Program-made: the position numbers and the translations under genes
The notes under the pieces: generated by a model
Told to the model about the DNA's origin: nothing
The model's input: the letters and a program-made list of their open reading frames with translations, nothing else
The model's database searches: none
Origin: Eledone cirrhosa
Taxonomy: Eukaryota
Length of the DNA stretch: 64,000 nucleotides
Direction of reading: 5' to 3'
NCBI GenBank assembly: GCA_964016885.1
Contig: OZ024746.1
Coordinates: forward strand, 23,994,001 to 24,058,000
Shown here: positions 14,753-27,269 of the stretch, piece after piece
How positions within the stretch are numbered: position 1 is the stretch's first letter
How the letters are laid out: each line of letters starts with the position of its first letter

Positions 14753-15108
14753 ATAATGTACATGATAGAGAGAGAAATCCTTATGCTCCAAACACAATCT
14801 TAATGAGTTATATTACTAAATCCCTTCAAATTCTTGATTATCTTCAAAATTATTTGAAACGAACAGGATGTTAACTATGGTGACAAAAGGGTTAATGTGT
14901 TGAAACAGTATAAAAATAATTGTTTCTACTTTAGGCACAAGGCCAGGAATTACCCAGTACATTACTGGTACTTTATTTTATCGACCCCGTAAGAATGAAA
15001 GGCAAAGTCAACCTCGGCGGGATAAAAATAATGATGTATATTGAATTTAGACAGAATTGTATCTATTTTTTTAATTGTTTTTTTATTTCTTTTATCTTTG
15101 TTGTATAG

Positions 15109-15319
15109 GTGGCATCACTGGTGGTATTGAAATCTGTATAACATTCCCCACAGAATATGTGAAGACTCAGCTACAACTGGATGAGAAATCTGGTCAAGCT
15201 AAACGATATAAAGGTCCAATAGATTGTGTGAAACTTACAGTGAAAGAACATGGTGTCCGTGGCTTGTACCGTGGACTTAGCGTATTGCTGTATGGTTCCA
15301 TCCCTAAATCTGCTGTCAG
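15109..15319 (+). CDS. SLC25A1: Mitochondrial citrate/tricarboxylate carrier, internal exon (first exon visible)
   Basis: tatag| acceptor and AG|gtaag donor. [27 protein letters not shown]...[20 protein letters not shown], with carrier motif PTEYVK. Confidence 0.96.
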
Positions 15320-15898
15320 GTAAGAGTTATGTTCATCATCATCATCATCAACAGTGTAATAATTTACAGTCATACAAACCTGGGCCCTAGCACCTGTAAT
15401 GCAAAGAAGAGGAAGATAGTTAGATACCAAGACTTTCGTTCACAGCCATCCCCTCCATTCTTTACGTTCCTTTGTCATCTCCTCTGTGAGGCTCAGTGTT
15501 ATGATATCTGCTCTCACCACTTCTGCCCAGGTTTTCCTTTACTGCAGCTTCTTTCCACTGGGGTCTCCTGGCACTTCTTCACCCACTGTTCATCATCCTT
15601 ATACATCACATGTCCATACCAGCCCAGGCTTCTCTCTTGCACATTATATTTGATTTCTCTTACATTTAATATGGACATAAAATGATAATTCTAACTCAGT
15701 TTTGATGGTTCATTTCATGTCAGTGAACTTTGTACAAAAGGGAAAATAAGATTAATATCTGTCAACAAATTTGAACAGATTTAGGATATTTACCAATTAG
15801 CTAATTATCTGAAACATGTTTCAATAGCTAATTAGAATGATTTGACGAACTACAATTACATAAACTATCTCTAAAATAAATAAATATATATATATATA

Positions 15899-16331
15899 AC
15901 AGTGTGTTGTAGTTTGCTTGAAGCATTGTTGAATAGAAAATGAAATTTAAATAATTCTAAAAGCCATACAATGCATTAGAAAATTAAAGGTGCTAAAATA
16001 ACAATAGAATTTTACTTTAGCAAATTTAATGAGACCAAATATTTTCAGGTTTAAAAACCCATTATCAAGAGAGTATCCCTGTGAAAGTCTTAAAGGACCA
16101 GTTGGAGATGAGTTGTTGTCAGGATGGCAGATTTAATTTAAAAAAAAAAATTAAATTAAATTAAATTTGCCATCCTAACAACTCATCTCCAACCGGTCCT
16201 TTAAGACCTCAGGGATACTCCCTTGGTTGAAAATTTGGGATTATTAGATTTGCTAAGGTAAAATTCTATCGTTATCTTGGCACCTTTAATTTTCTAATGC
16301 ATTGTATGGCTTTTAAAATTATTTAAATTTT

Positions 16332-16340
<9 letters not shown>
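15899..16340. repeat. Imperfect palindrome with about 200-bp arms between (TA)n runs
   Basis: Arms about 15941-16140 and 16151-16333 (e.g. aagccatacaatgcattagaaaattaaaggtgc / gcacctttaattttctaatgcattgtatggctt). Unpaired 15899-15940, TA runs on both sides. Confidence 0.9.
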
Positions 16341-16371
<31 letters not shown>

Positions 16372-16374
16372 CTG

Positions 16375-17271
16375 AGAATGAACCTAGCTAAGACAAAAGT
16401 GTTGATGAGTAGAAAAGAGGACAAAACTATGATTCCGTCAGGGAAATGGCCATGTTCGATATGCAGAAAAGGAACTGGCATAAATTTTATAAAATGCACA
16501 CAATGCAGATCCTGGGTACACAAGAGATGTAGTAGGATAGCAGGCAAACTAACAGGTAGGGAGAAATACGTATGCAGTAGATGTACAGGGAAATTAGACA
16601 GTAGAAGTCGCATTGATAGACACATTTTTCAAATGCAGGCGGGTGCTATAGAAGTGATGGATAGCTTCCGGTACCTAGAGATCAGATTAGCAGGGGAGGG
16701 GGGTGTTCCGAGGCCATAGTATCTAGAATGACGGGTTGGAAGAAGTTTAGGGAGCTGCTTCCTCTGCTGACGAAGAAGGGTTTCTCCCTGCGTACGAAAG
16801 GCCGGTTATATGATACCTGTGTGAGGAGCGTGATGCTGCATGGTAGTGAGACATGGGCAGCAACTGCAGAGGATATGCGATGGCTAGAGAGAAATGAGGC
16901 AAGCATGCTCCGTTGGATGTGCAATGTCAATGTGCGTGAACAACCCAGCATGAATGTGTTGAGAGAGAAACTGTGTCTGAGAGGGATAGAATGTAGTGTG
17001 TGAGAGAGGAGACTAAGGTGGTATGGACATGTGATGCGCATGGAGGCTGACCGATGGGTGAAGAATTGCCAGGAAATGCCAGTTGAAGGAAGACGCAGTA
17101 GAGGTAGACCACGAAAACCATGGGCGGAGGTGGTGAGAACAGATTTCAGATCGCTGAAGCTCACGGTGGAGATGACGAAGGACCGTGACAAGTGGAGAGA
17201 TGCTGTGCTGAATAGGACCTGTCCCACCCTTGCAAGCAGGGAAAAGCGGACGTAAAATGATGATGATGATG
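16375..17271 (+). mobile_element. 5'-truncated RTE-clade LINE (family A) with C4HC3 PHD-like finger
   Basis: MNLAKTKVLM...CSICRK...CTQCRSWVHKRC...CSRC...DSFRYL(frameshift)...GWKKFRELLPLL...HGSETW...GRPRKPW, followed by a (ATG)n tail. Confidence 0.92.
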
Positions 17272-18966
17272 GCTGCAACTTAATTTCAAGTAATTCCATG
17301 ACTTGATACTTGAGCATGAGCATGACGGACGTGGCTTTAAAAAGCCATGTCCAGCTACGGATTTGCCTATGGCCAGCAATACATTGCATCACAAAAAAGT
17401 ATCATATCAAGCAATGCCTGTGCTTGAAGCTTTTTTTTAAGTGGGGAAAGGCTTTGCATGGGGTGAATACCACTCTCTGAACATCAAATGCATTGGATGA
17501 TGATCACTGTTTAATGTCCATTTTACCACCCTAGCATGGTTTAACTAAGGGTGTGAAGTTTCCTTCCTTGTTTTTCTTGTTTCCCTTTTTTTTTCTTGTG
17601 TGTATAGTTAAATAATATCATTGAGAAGTCTGTGTTTATCCATTCACGACTCTGTTTCAGGCTTTACTAGAATTATTATTTATTTCATTAAGATAGTGTT
17701 TGTATCATCACTTAAGGGTTATCAAACTATGTTGACAGGTTTATATTTAAATATAAACCCTTTAAAATGGGTGGTTTTGTTTCATAGAACCAGAGCTGGT
17801 TTACACCAGGTTGGCATCAAAGGGTTAATATTTACTTTTGCAACATTAAAAACAAATATCTCATTTTATCCTTTAAGGATAAAAAAACTAATATTTCTGA
17901 TCGAATTGCCAAATAAAATCTCTTCTGACTGATGGTAAAACAATTATCTAAATGGCATATTTGATTTCTAAACAGCTGATCTAACATGTTTTAATGATTT
18001 TGTTGTCACAAATGTTTTCTTCTGTTAATAAAATGTTTATCATTTCATCTCTATTGATTTTGGATCAGTAATTTTGGTTTAAATTATTGATTCACTATCA
18101 GATTTTTGCAGATGAGTAGCTACTCCACTTAGCTCTGCTTGATCAGATCTTTGCCATAAATATATAGATCTTCTATTGGTTTTAGATAATGGGTGTTCCA
18201 GTTATTGTTGTTTGATCAACATAACTGCCTGTCCCTTTGAATTTTAGTGTTATAGAGCATAGAGTTTGATTGACAAGATCCCAGACTTCATTTGCTTACT
18301 GAGTGTGGTAGAACTCATCAAATCAGACCAAGGAAACAATGTTTCCATTGGTCTTTCCATTGCTGATACTATCTACCAATTGCAACTCTCGGCAGAATTT
18401 TAGGGTTAGTGGCTGAGTATTCCACAGTCATTTATACTTTTAATTAATCCTCAGATATCAATCCATCTATTATGAGGCTGACTCATTGAAGTACAGATAC
18501 AGTTTATCTGACAGGCTTCTACATAGTGTCTCTCATTGTAAGAGGTAAGAAAAAATGTTGGTGGCAGGATGGGTATCCATCTGTAAAACAGCAGATTTCT
18601 TCCAGAGACGGATAAAGAGTGAGAAAGAGATATGGAGGAAGAATCAACCTCAGTACTTGACTGGTTCTTTTTTATCGACCTTGAATGGATGAAAGGCAAA
18701 GTTAACCTCGGTGGGATTGGAACTCAGAGAGTAGAGATTCAGAACGAATACTGCAAAGCATTCTATCTGATGTCTTAACAACTCTAGCAGTGCATTGTCC
18801 TTGAACAAATTCATGATTGCAATCATGAACCCAGCACACTAACAACTAAGCCAGGCACCTTCACTTTACTGAAGTATATTTTTAATTTCTATTAAGAGCT
18901 TTACACCTTACTAATTCTTTAGTATTTTTTATTTGGTGAAACTTATTTTAACTGTTGTTCATCTAG

Positions 18967-19052
18967 GTTTGGTGCTTTTGAAGAATTTAAGAAACACTCT
19001 GTTGATGAGAAAGGAAACTTGCCAATGAATAAACGACTGCTGTGTGGTTTAG
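18967..19052 (+). CDS. SLC25A1: Citrate carrier exon (86 bp, below the ORF-track threshold)
   Basis: ctag| acceptor and G|gtaagg donor. (R)FGAFEEFKKHSVDEKGNLPMNKRLLCGL(G), with phases matching both neighbouring exons. Confidence 0.93.
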
Positions 19053-19897
19053 GTAAGGTTCTGTTGTAATATTTTGGTAATTCTTTAAAGAAAATGTTTT
19101 ATTGTATCTACATCACGGGTTCCCTTCTTTTTCATTACCAAGAACCTATTTTGTTACCATATTTTTAATGAAAGACACTGCTTATCATTTTAAATCATTT
19201 TGAAAATAATCAACACTTTCAAGAGATTTAGTAATATAACTAGCCTTCTCATTATTAAGTTGGTGTTTGGAGCATAATTTTATTGTTAATTTTCATCACT
19301 TGCATAGGTTAGATGGGTTGTCATGTTAGGAGACAAGTCAGGTCCAGAGACCACACCATGTTCATATGAATCTGTATTTTAGCTTGGTTTCTACAGCTGG
19401 ATGCCCTTCCTAATGCCAACCATATTACAGTGTGGACTGCATGCTTTTTATTGTGGCACTGAAACAACCACATAACAGGATGAATTGGGTACTTTTTCTC
19501 ATATCACCAACACAACCACTGTACAGAGTGAACTGGGTACTTTTTCTTGTATCACCAACATGACAGCCTTACATGATGGACTGGGTGCTTTTGTTGTTGT
19601 GGCACCAGATCAACATAAAGAGTGGGCTTAGTGCTTTTTGTCATGGCAACAACATTGCGGGAGATCAGATGTAGAGCATGTCCAGCTTTCATGTTTAATG
19701 TTAATTAGCATGAAAAGACAGAACACAGATGGGTTGAAGAAATGATTTGCCATTGAAGACATTAGTCCCATGCCATAACCAGTGCTGGACTTAATTTAAG
19801 CTATAGCTTAGGGCCACACATCCTCAGGAAGAGGTTTCGTTTTTTAAATATACTTTTATTCTATCATTAGTTTTTATTCTTTAACACTAAATCATCA

Positions 19898-19934
<37 letters not shown>

Positions 19935-19941
<7 letters not shown>

Positions 19942-20114
19942 AAAAAGAGATGAAATCGAAAATGCAACTGAAGTCTTATTTTTTTTTTTTTTAAATATTT
20001 AAAAAAAAAATAAGACTCCAGTTGCATTTTCGATTTCATCTCTTTTTCTTTATACTTTCACTCGTGTAGGACACCTCGGTTATTTTTCAATTTGTAAAAA
20101 AAACCTCACTTTCT

Positions 20115-20118
<4 letters not shown>
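19935..20118. repeat. Near-perfect palindrome (about 60-bp arms, no loop) plus unpaired tail, between long (TA)n runs
   Basis: aaagaaaaagagatgaaatcgaaaatgcaactg / cagttgcattttcgatttcatctctttttcttt, centred at 19996/19997. Tail 20055-20118. Confidence 0.92.
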
Positions 20119-20186
<68 letters not shown>

Positions 20187-21521
20187 CATTAACATAAATA
20201 ATAACCATGTATAATTATTTTAACTTTTTTTTACCTTAATTTTTTTAAAGAAGGGCCTCAAATTTCACTTAGCTTAATGGCTCAACAGGTGAATGTTCAT
20301 CCCTGCACGCAATTCAAGAGAGATGATGAAACTGATATTAATACATGACATGAATATATAATGAATGCTAGGTCATGTGTTGTGTATTGAGGGTGGCAGT
20401 GAAAGATATGGAAGAGTTGAGATAAGATCACAAGATATTGGTACTCATTGATCTATGTGTAGTGACACACTTCTGACTCAGCCAATATATACCACTATTG
20501 ATGTTAAACATAACTTCTTATATGTTGTTGGTTGATAGGTTTTCACTGGTGATATTTTGTATATGTAATATATAATCATATTTGAGAACATAATGAGATA
20601 TCAAGAAATAGCTATTACTTCATACACTGTTGTTATTTTTATTACAGTTATTGTAGCATGACAGTTAGCTGAAGGTGCACCATTTGATTTCTGTTGGGGA
20701 GGAGATTACTTTTTTCTTTTGAATTCTGTAGTATACCAATTATAATAGCCTTTCAGTTATTTCTATATATTAACAAAAATGAGGAAATATATTCTCCACA
20801 TCAACAGATATTGTGTGTAATTTTATAACTAATACACAGCAAACAGGTTTTTATTCCACACAAAATTTCAGCCAATTGTTTTTTTTAAATCATTTTTATA
20901 ACATCCTGTATTTCCCTGCATTGAAAATGCTATTTCTTTTTTTTTTTGTGTGTATTTTCTCCTTGAGAGAGTTGTGGGGGCAGAGTCCACAAACACTTCA
21001 TTTCACATTACTCCAGTATACTCAGCTGAAAATGAGTACCAGCAATAGTTAGGGGTTTAGCCCTGTGATAGACTGGTATCCTGTCCAGTGGGTAGTCACT
21101 TAATGCTGTGAAAACTGGGATAAGCACTGGCCTGATGAGCCTCCTGGCTCAAGATATTTTTTGGGGATAGTCATTAGTAGCAATTTACCTGTATATTTAT
21201 TATACTGGTAAAGTCACTAGTAACAATTTATGTTCATCATAGTTATATGGTCATGAACCCTATAACCAAACATAGTAGCTGAATGTACTGAAACATCGTT
21301 TTTGTACTTGTCATACTTCAAAATTTTCAAGTCAAAATCATGGGTGGTTGGGAACGAACTATATTAAAAATATACTTTTAATTTTATCACACTATTATTG
21401 TGTATGGCATGACTTGATATAAACACTTTTATCACATCCATATTAAGTATGATACTGACTAGATATATATGGTATAACACTTCATTTTATCACATCAATG
21501 TTATATATGATTTTGACTAGA

Positions 21522-21745
21522 AACATAAACACTTCAGTTTATCACATCAATGTTCTTTATGATATTAACTTAATATAAACATAAACACTTCAGTTTATCA
21601 CATCAATGTTCTGTATGATATTAACTTAATATAAACATAAACACTTCAGTTTATCACATCAATGTTCTGTATGATATTAACTTGATATAAACATAAACAC
21701 TTCAGTTTATCACATCAATGTTCTGTATGATATTAACTTAATATA
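21522..21745. repeat. 56-bp minisatellite, about 4 copies plus degenerate flanking units
   Basis: aacataaacacttcagtttatcacatcaatgttctgtatgatattaacttaatata starting at 21522, 21578, 21634 and 21690. Confidence 0.92.
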
Positions 21746-22172
21746 AATGATATAAACAGTTTAGTTTATCTCATTAATGTTGTGTATGTTATTGACTGGA
21801 TCAATCAAATTGACAAGATCCCAAACTTCACTTGCTTACCGAATGGGGTTGGAACTTGTCAAATCAGACCAAAGAAACAATGTTTCGATTGGTCTTTCTA
21901 TTGCTGTTACTATCTACCGGTCACAACTAAAATGATATCAACACTATTCATTGATTATTGAACACACTATCAACTCAGTTTACTGTCTATACTATTCCAC
22001 CACATCTTCTATGTAAACAATATACAACAAGTTGTTTGCTTATGAATTCCATATTTCTTTCTTTTGTTACATACAAAATTGACTTCTATCTCATGTAAAG
22101 TCCAATTAAATAATCAACCAGATGTTTTCTTTTTTGTTTGTACACGAACACGCACACATTCACACACACACT

Positions 22173-22225
<53 letters not shown>

Positions 22226-22469
22226 ATACACACTCATACACACTCCAGTTGATTTTCAGGCTTTCTGTTACATCTCCCTATCAAGCTATTTACTATCGAG
22301 GGCTGTCAAAGTAAAGTGATCTTCGTTGGTTTCAATGATGAGTATTCAGTTGTTTGATTAAACGAATTAGCTACTCATTTGATTATAGTGTATGTGGCTG
22401 AGTATTCAATAAATATATGTGCCCTTTGTGTGACAAGTCTGGCCATTTGAATTGCAGGTGCAGTCTATC

Positions 22470-23392
22470 TCCTGTAACAGACTGTTGTCCTATCCAGGAG
22501 GCAGTCGCTACTGTAACAGACTGTTGTCCTATCCAGGAGGCAGTCACTACTGTAACAGACTGTTGTCCTATCCAGGAGGCAGTCGCTACTGTAACAGACT
22601 GTTGTCCTATCCAGGAGGTAGTCACTACTGTAACAGACTGTTGTCCTATCCAGGAGGCAGTCGCTACTGTAACAGACTGTTGTCCTATCCAGGAGGCAGT
22701 CGCTACTGTAACAGACTGTTGTCCTATCCAGGAGGCAGTCGCTCCTGTAACAGACTGTTGTCCTATCCAGGAGGCAGTCGCTACTGTAACAGACTGTTGT
22801 CCTATCCAGGAGGCAGTCGCTACTGTAACAGACTGTTGTCCTATCCAGGAGGCAGTCGCTACTGTAACAGACTGTTGTCCTATCCAGGAGGCAGTCGCTC
22901 CTGTAACAGACTGTTGTCCTATCCAGGAGGCAGTCGCTACTGTAACAGACTGTTGTCCTATCCAGGAGGCAGTCGCTACTGTAACAGACTGTTGTCCTAT
23001 CCAGGAGGCAGTCGATACTGTAACAGACTGTTGTCCTATCCAGGAGGCAGTCGCTCCTGTAACAGACTGTTGTCCTATCCAGGAGGCAGTCACTACTGTA
23101 ACAGACTGTTGTCCTATCCAGGAGGCAGTCGCTCCTGTAACAGACTGTTGTCCTATCCAGGAGGCAGTCGCTACTGTAACAGACTGTTGTCCTATCCAGG
23201 AGGCAGTCGCTCCTGTAACAGACTGTTGTCCTATCCAGGAGGCAGTCGCTCCTGTAACAGACTGTTGTCCTATCCAGGAGGCAGTCGCTCCTGTAACAGA
23301 CTGTTGTCCTATCCAGGAGGCAGTCGCTCCTGTAACAGACTGTTGTCCTATCCAGGAGGCAGTCGCTACTGTAACAGACTGTTGTCCTGTCC
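22470..23392. repeat. 39-bp minisatellite, about 23.5 near-identical copies, intronic
   Basis: Unit ctgtaacagactgttgtcctatccaggaggcagtcgcta with a few variant positions. It produces the three long repetitive ORFs. Confidence 0.97.
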
Positions 23393-23876
23393 TGGAGAGA
23401 GTCTTGTACTCTCGGTCACTTAACAACAATGTATTTTTAAGTCCTAAAGAGCAAGAGTAGCTTTTGTGATGTGGTTTCGACAATGTTATATAAATGTAAA
23501 GCTGCTAGTACAATGATCAGCAGGGGTTGGGCCTTTACATAAAAGATCGCCTGTAAAGATCCTATCTCCACTGAAATTATTATTATAATTATCTCTCTCT
23601 CCAAACACATACATATGGTGTTTGTGGAAGTATTGATTGATCTCTGTTTTAAGATTACCTTTCATTAATTCCTTAAGAATGCATGAAAAAAATTCCTCTT
23701 TTAAATTAACTCACTGGTAAAGTCATCATAACCATAAGGTTTAATTTACTGTTTAATTTGCTGCTAGGTTTTGTGCAGGACATTTACTAGCTGGAGTTGC
23801 AAATAATTGGAAATTAGTGCATTCATTATATCAATGATAATAATATGCCATGTGTGTTTGTGTGTATATATATATG

Positions 23877-24235
23877 GAGGCACATGGCTTAGTGGTTAGA
23901 GCATTGGCCTTGCAATTGAAAGGTTGTGAGTTCAATCATCCTTGAGCAAGACACTTGAGTTCACATTGCTCCAGTTTACTCAGCTATAGAAATGAGATGA
24001 TAGGGACTGGGGTCCCTATCATTCCACTGTAAAGTGGTCGTGGAGGTACCACGGCAAAAAAGCACCCAGCCCACACTGTAAAGTGGACGTGTAGGCGCCA
24101 CGGAAAAAAAGCATCCAGCACTCACTGTAAATGAGGTTGGTGTTAGGAAGGGCATCCAGCTGTAGAAATCAAGCCAGAATCAGTTCCCGTCCCACCCTTG
24201 CAAGCAGGAAAAAGCAGACGTAAATGATGATGATA
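23877..24235 (+). mobile_element. tRNA-headed SINE with RTE-derived 3' tail
   Basis: A box tggcttagtgg, B box gttcaatc, cttgagcaagacact domain and internal cactgtaaagtgg repeats. Tail cccacccttgcaagcagg...gacgtaaatgatgat matches RTE family A. Confidence 0.88.
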
Positions 24236-25489
24236 TATATAATTATTGTTAAGCTATGGGTTAAATAGCCTCACCAACCATCAACTGGCCAAGTGTACAG
24301 CTACACCCCTGACATGACCGAAACCAAACAGAAAGCAGTTCTGTAATTGCCAAGACTGAATAGCCCTCTTTACCCTATAATGGCCCCAAACAATCACTAA
24401 CCACTTTACAGAGTATACTAGGTGCATTTCAGTCTGTTTGCCCATCACTTTATAGGGGATAATGTGTTCCATCATGACACCAACACTAGAAAAGTTGTCA
24501 ACTCACCTATAAATTTACAGCTATATTCCAATAAAAGAATCAATTTTAATGGCTCTTAAGATACAATGCTGCAAAATGGCAGTCATTAAGGTGTTAGATA
24601 GCATGCCTTGTAGTATTTATTCCGGCTCTCACACTCTGAGTTCAAATTTCTTCAAGAAAAAACTGGTCTATTCATTTCACCATCTTCTTGGAAATATATA
24701 TGACAACTTCTCTTGTGCACTCAGTAGAACTTGAGACATGACAGCAGATCCCTGGCCTGTCTGGAAGATCAGTAGCCCTGCTTCACTACTGACTTAGTCT
24801 ATGTAGACCCAGCAACTTGTGCTAGCTGAGAAAGTGGACATTAAAACGATGATGATGATCACTCTGTCACAACAGCGCCCCGATGACTCCATTATTCATT
24901 AAGGAATCAGTGACAGTGAAGATATGAGACTAACTTTATCTATACAATCAACGAGCCAGGAAAAAGAGATAAATCTAATATTTGAAATAACACTCATTAG
25001 CAAAACCTGTAAATATACAGAAAGTTCTAATCTGTTATATTGAATTTTGTTTTCCTTTTACCAGTTTAGGAATGAGATTAAAGGTAATCATATATTTTGT
25101 ATTGATTTCGTTTGAACCTATTTTTTTTATTTTACAATATCTTAAATATTTTTTATTTATCTTTATTTTCATTTGGAATTTTTAGCATCCTACTTAATAA
25201 CACTAAACCAGTTTGATCTATCTGATGCTGATTGGAGATTTGTTTTCCTTTTATTTTGTCTTTTATTACATAGACTTCAGTTCCTCTCATTAGGTTCTGT
25301 TTCCTTTGCCTCAGTTTAATAACTGATGTTTAATCAAAATTCTTTTTCTCTCTCTTTCTTTTTGAATTAAAGGGTAGATTTTATTGAACAATAAATTAAT
25401 AATATAGTTTAAGAAATCCACAAATAAAAAAGAGAGAGAAAAGAAAAAGAAAAATGCAGCGGATGTCAATGACTGTTCTTCGTGACCTA

Positions 25490-25790
25490 GCTCTTGCTAT
25501 CTTCTTTGTGGAGTGCAGCAGCCGAGATATACTGTACAGCCAAGAGTGCAGTGTCTGTCTCTTAAGGTCGAGTGGCTGTTGTAGAAGGTATTGCTAGCTA
25601 TTCTCTCTGGCAACACTTCATCTTGTTGTGGTGTAGCTGTTAAGATATACTGTCCAACCGAGAGTGTAGCATGTCTTTTAAGGTGGAATGGCTGATGTAG
25701 GGGGTATTACTGGCTGTTGTCTCTGGCAACACTTTCACCATCTTGTGGGGTTCAACAGTCAAAATACACCATCTAACCAAGAGTATAACC
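25490..25790. repeat. Degenerate repeat of about 120 bp, about 2.5 copies
   Basis: gatatactgt.ca.cc.agagtg.ag...ttaaggt.ga.tggctg.tgtag..ggtatt.ct.gct.tt.tctctggcaacact recurs. Confidence 0.7.
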
Positions 25791-26343
25791 CCCACCCCAC
25801 TTGACTCTCCTGTTTTTGAATTTCTTTTTCTATCTTTTTCTATCTTTTTCTTGGTTTTGTAATTTGTATTCTTAACATATCAGTCACTAAAATTTATCTT
25901 TTCATTTAATCAAATTAGAATGCAGTTTTGTAGTCCACCATTACCACCATCTTCTAACTTAATATTTTCTATTTTAACCCTTCTCATTAGCATATTTCTA
26001 ATGAAAAACATTGCCTATGATTTTCAAATAATTTTGAAAAATAAACAAAAAATTTGACGAATTTAGAATTGTAACTAACACTTTTCATTAATAAGTTGTT
26101 TGGAACATAACTTAACAAAGGTTTTTTCATAAAATTATGATGGAAGAAATAAATATTGACTTTGCACGGAGTAGAGTGAAGGCTGTACCTGGTTTAGAAT
26201 AGGTACACAGTCCCTACATGTTGGAAGAAGGGACTCAAAGGAAAGGGTTGGCACCAGGAAGGTCATCCAGGTGTAAAATATTGCCTCAAAAAGGAGCCCC
26301 CCCACCCTATCTTGTGTGTCATGAAATAGAAATTTACAACTGA

Positions 26344-26630
26344 CACCTATGCAAGTTTAGCTGGGCTCATATGATGTTGTATCTCATAGGAGGTTTCTTG
26401 GGTGTTTTAATGATAGAGGCCCCAGTCCTATCATGTTGTAGTTGTTACAGTTCACACCTATGTAGGTTTAGCTGTCCTCATATGACGTTGTATATCATAG
26501 TAGGTTTCTCAGGTGTTTTAATGGGTCCTATCATGTAGTTGTTACAGCTCACACCTATGTAGGTTTAGCTGGCCTCCTGTTATGTTGTATCTCATAGGAA
26601 GTTTCTTGGGTGTTTTAATGATAGCGACTT
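26344..26630. repeat. Tandem repeat of about 100-110 bp, 3 copies
   Basis: cacctatg.a.gtttagctg...gttgtat.tcatag.a.gtttct..ggtgttttaatg at about 26344, 26455 and 26552. Confidence 0.8.
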
Positions 26631-27084
26631 CAGACCTATCCTCATGTCATGGGGCCTGCAAGACTAACCATTGCCTTGGTGGTGGGGTTGGGGCAGCTTT
26701 AAAATGTTTGTTGTTTTGTGTTGTGGAGTGAAGTCTATGAAATGGTTTTGATTTCTGGTTGTTAATAGTTTGTAAGGAAACTTTAACTGCAAAGTACACA
26801 TGGCATGATGGAAGGAGAAGTTTTATTCTAAAACTACTAATGCCACCACCACTTCCACTACCAACACCACCACAACCATTACCACCACCACCACAACCAT
26901 TATCACCACACCATTACTGTAATCTATTATTTAGGGCAGCTGTTCTTTTTACAACCCCTTCACAGGTTGTTTACTGATAAGAAGAGAATGAAAGAATGAA
27001 TAAAAGAAAGGGAAGGAGGTAATTTGAAACAGCAATGGATAAACAGAATATGAAATGGGAGATAGCTAGTTTATATTTCATAAT

Positions 27085-27269
27085 TGTTTCTACTTTAGGC
27101 ACAAGGCCACCAATTACCCAGTGCATTACTGGTACTTTATTTTATCGACCCCGTAAGGATGAAAGGCAAAGTCAACCTCGGCGGGATTTGAACTCAGATC
27201 GTAAAGGGACGTAACTATGCTGGAAAGCATGGCGTCCGACCCTCTACCGATACTGCCAATCCACTGCCA
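27085..27269 (-). mobile_element. Young SINE copy with 18-bp target-site duplication
   Basis: TSD tagtttatatttcataat at 27067-27084 and 27270-27287. Near-identical to copies at about 1393, 34200, 45704 and 54745. Confidence 0.92.

Noticed and set aside
16682-17392. 236-aa minus-strand ORF (also 8225-8671 and 42238-42528)
   Set aside because: Antisense shadow of LINE coding sequence.
21131-21150. CTGATGA as a hammerhead core
   Set aside because: Part of a SINE 3' region with no downstream GAAA or stems.
22383-23483. Three ORFs of 323-366 aa as protein genes, or the array as CRISPR
   Set aside because: They result from a stop-free 39-bp tandem repeat. There are no unique spacers or cas genes, and the context is a eukaryotic intron.
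23877-23940. tRNA gene
   Set aside because: A and B boxes are present but there is no cloverleaf. It is a SINE head; no genuine tRNA or rRNA was recognised in the window.
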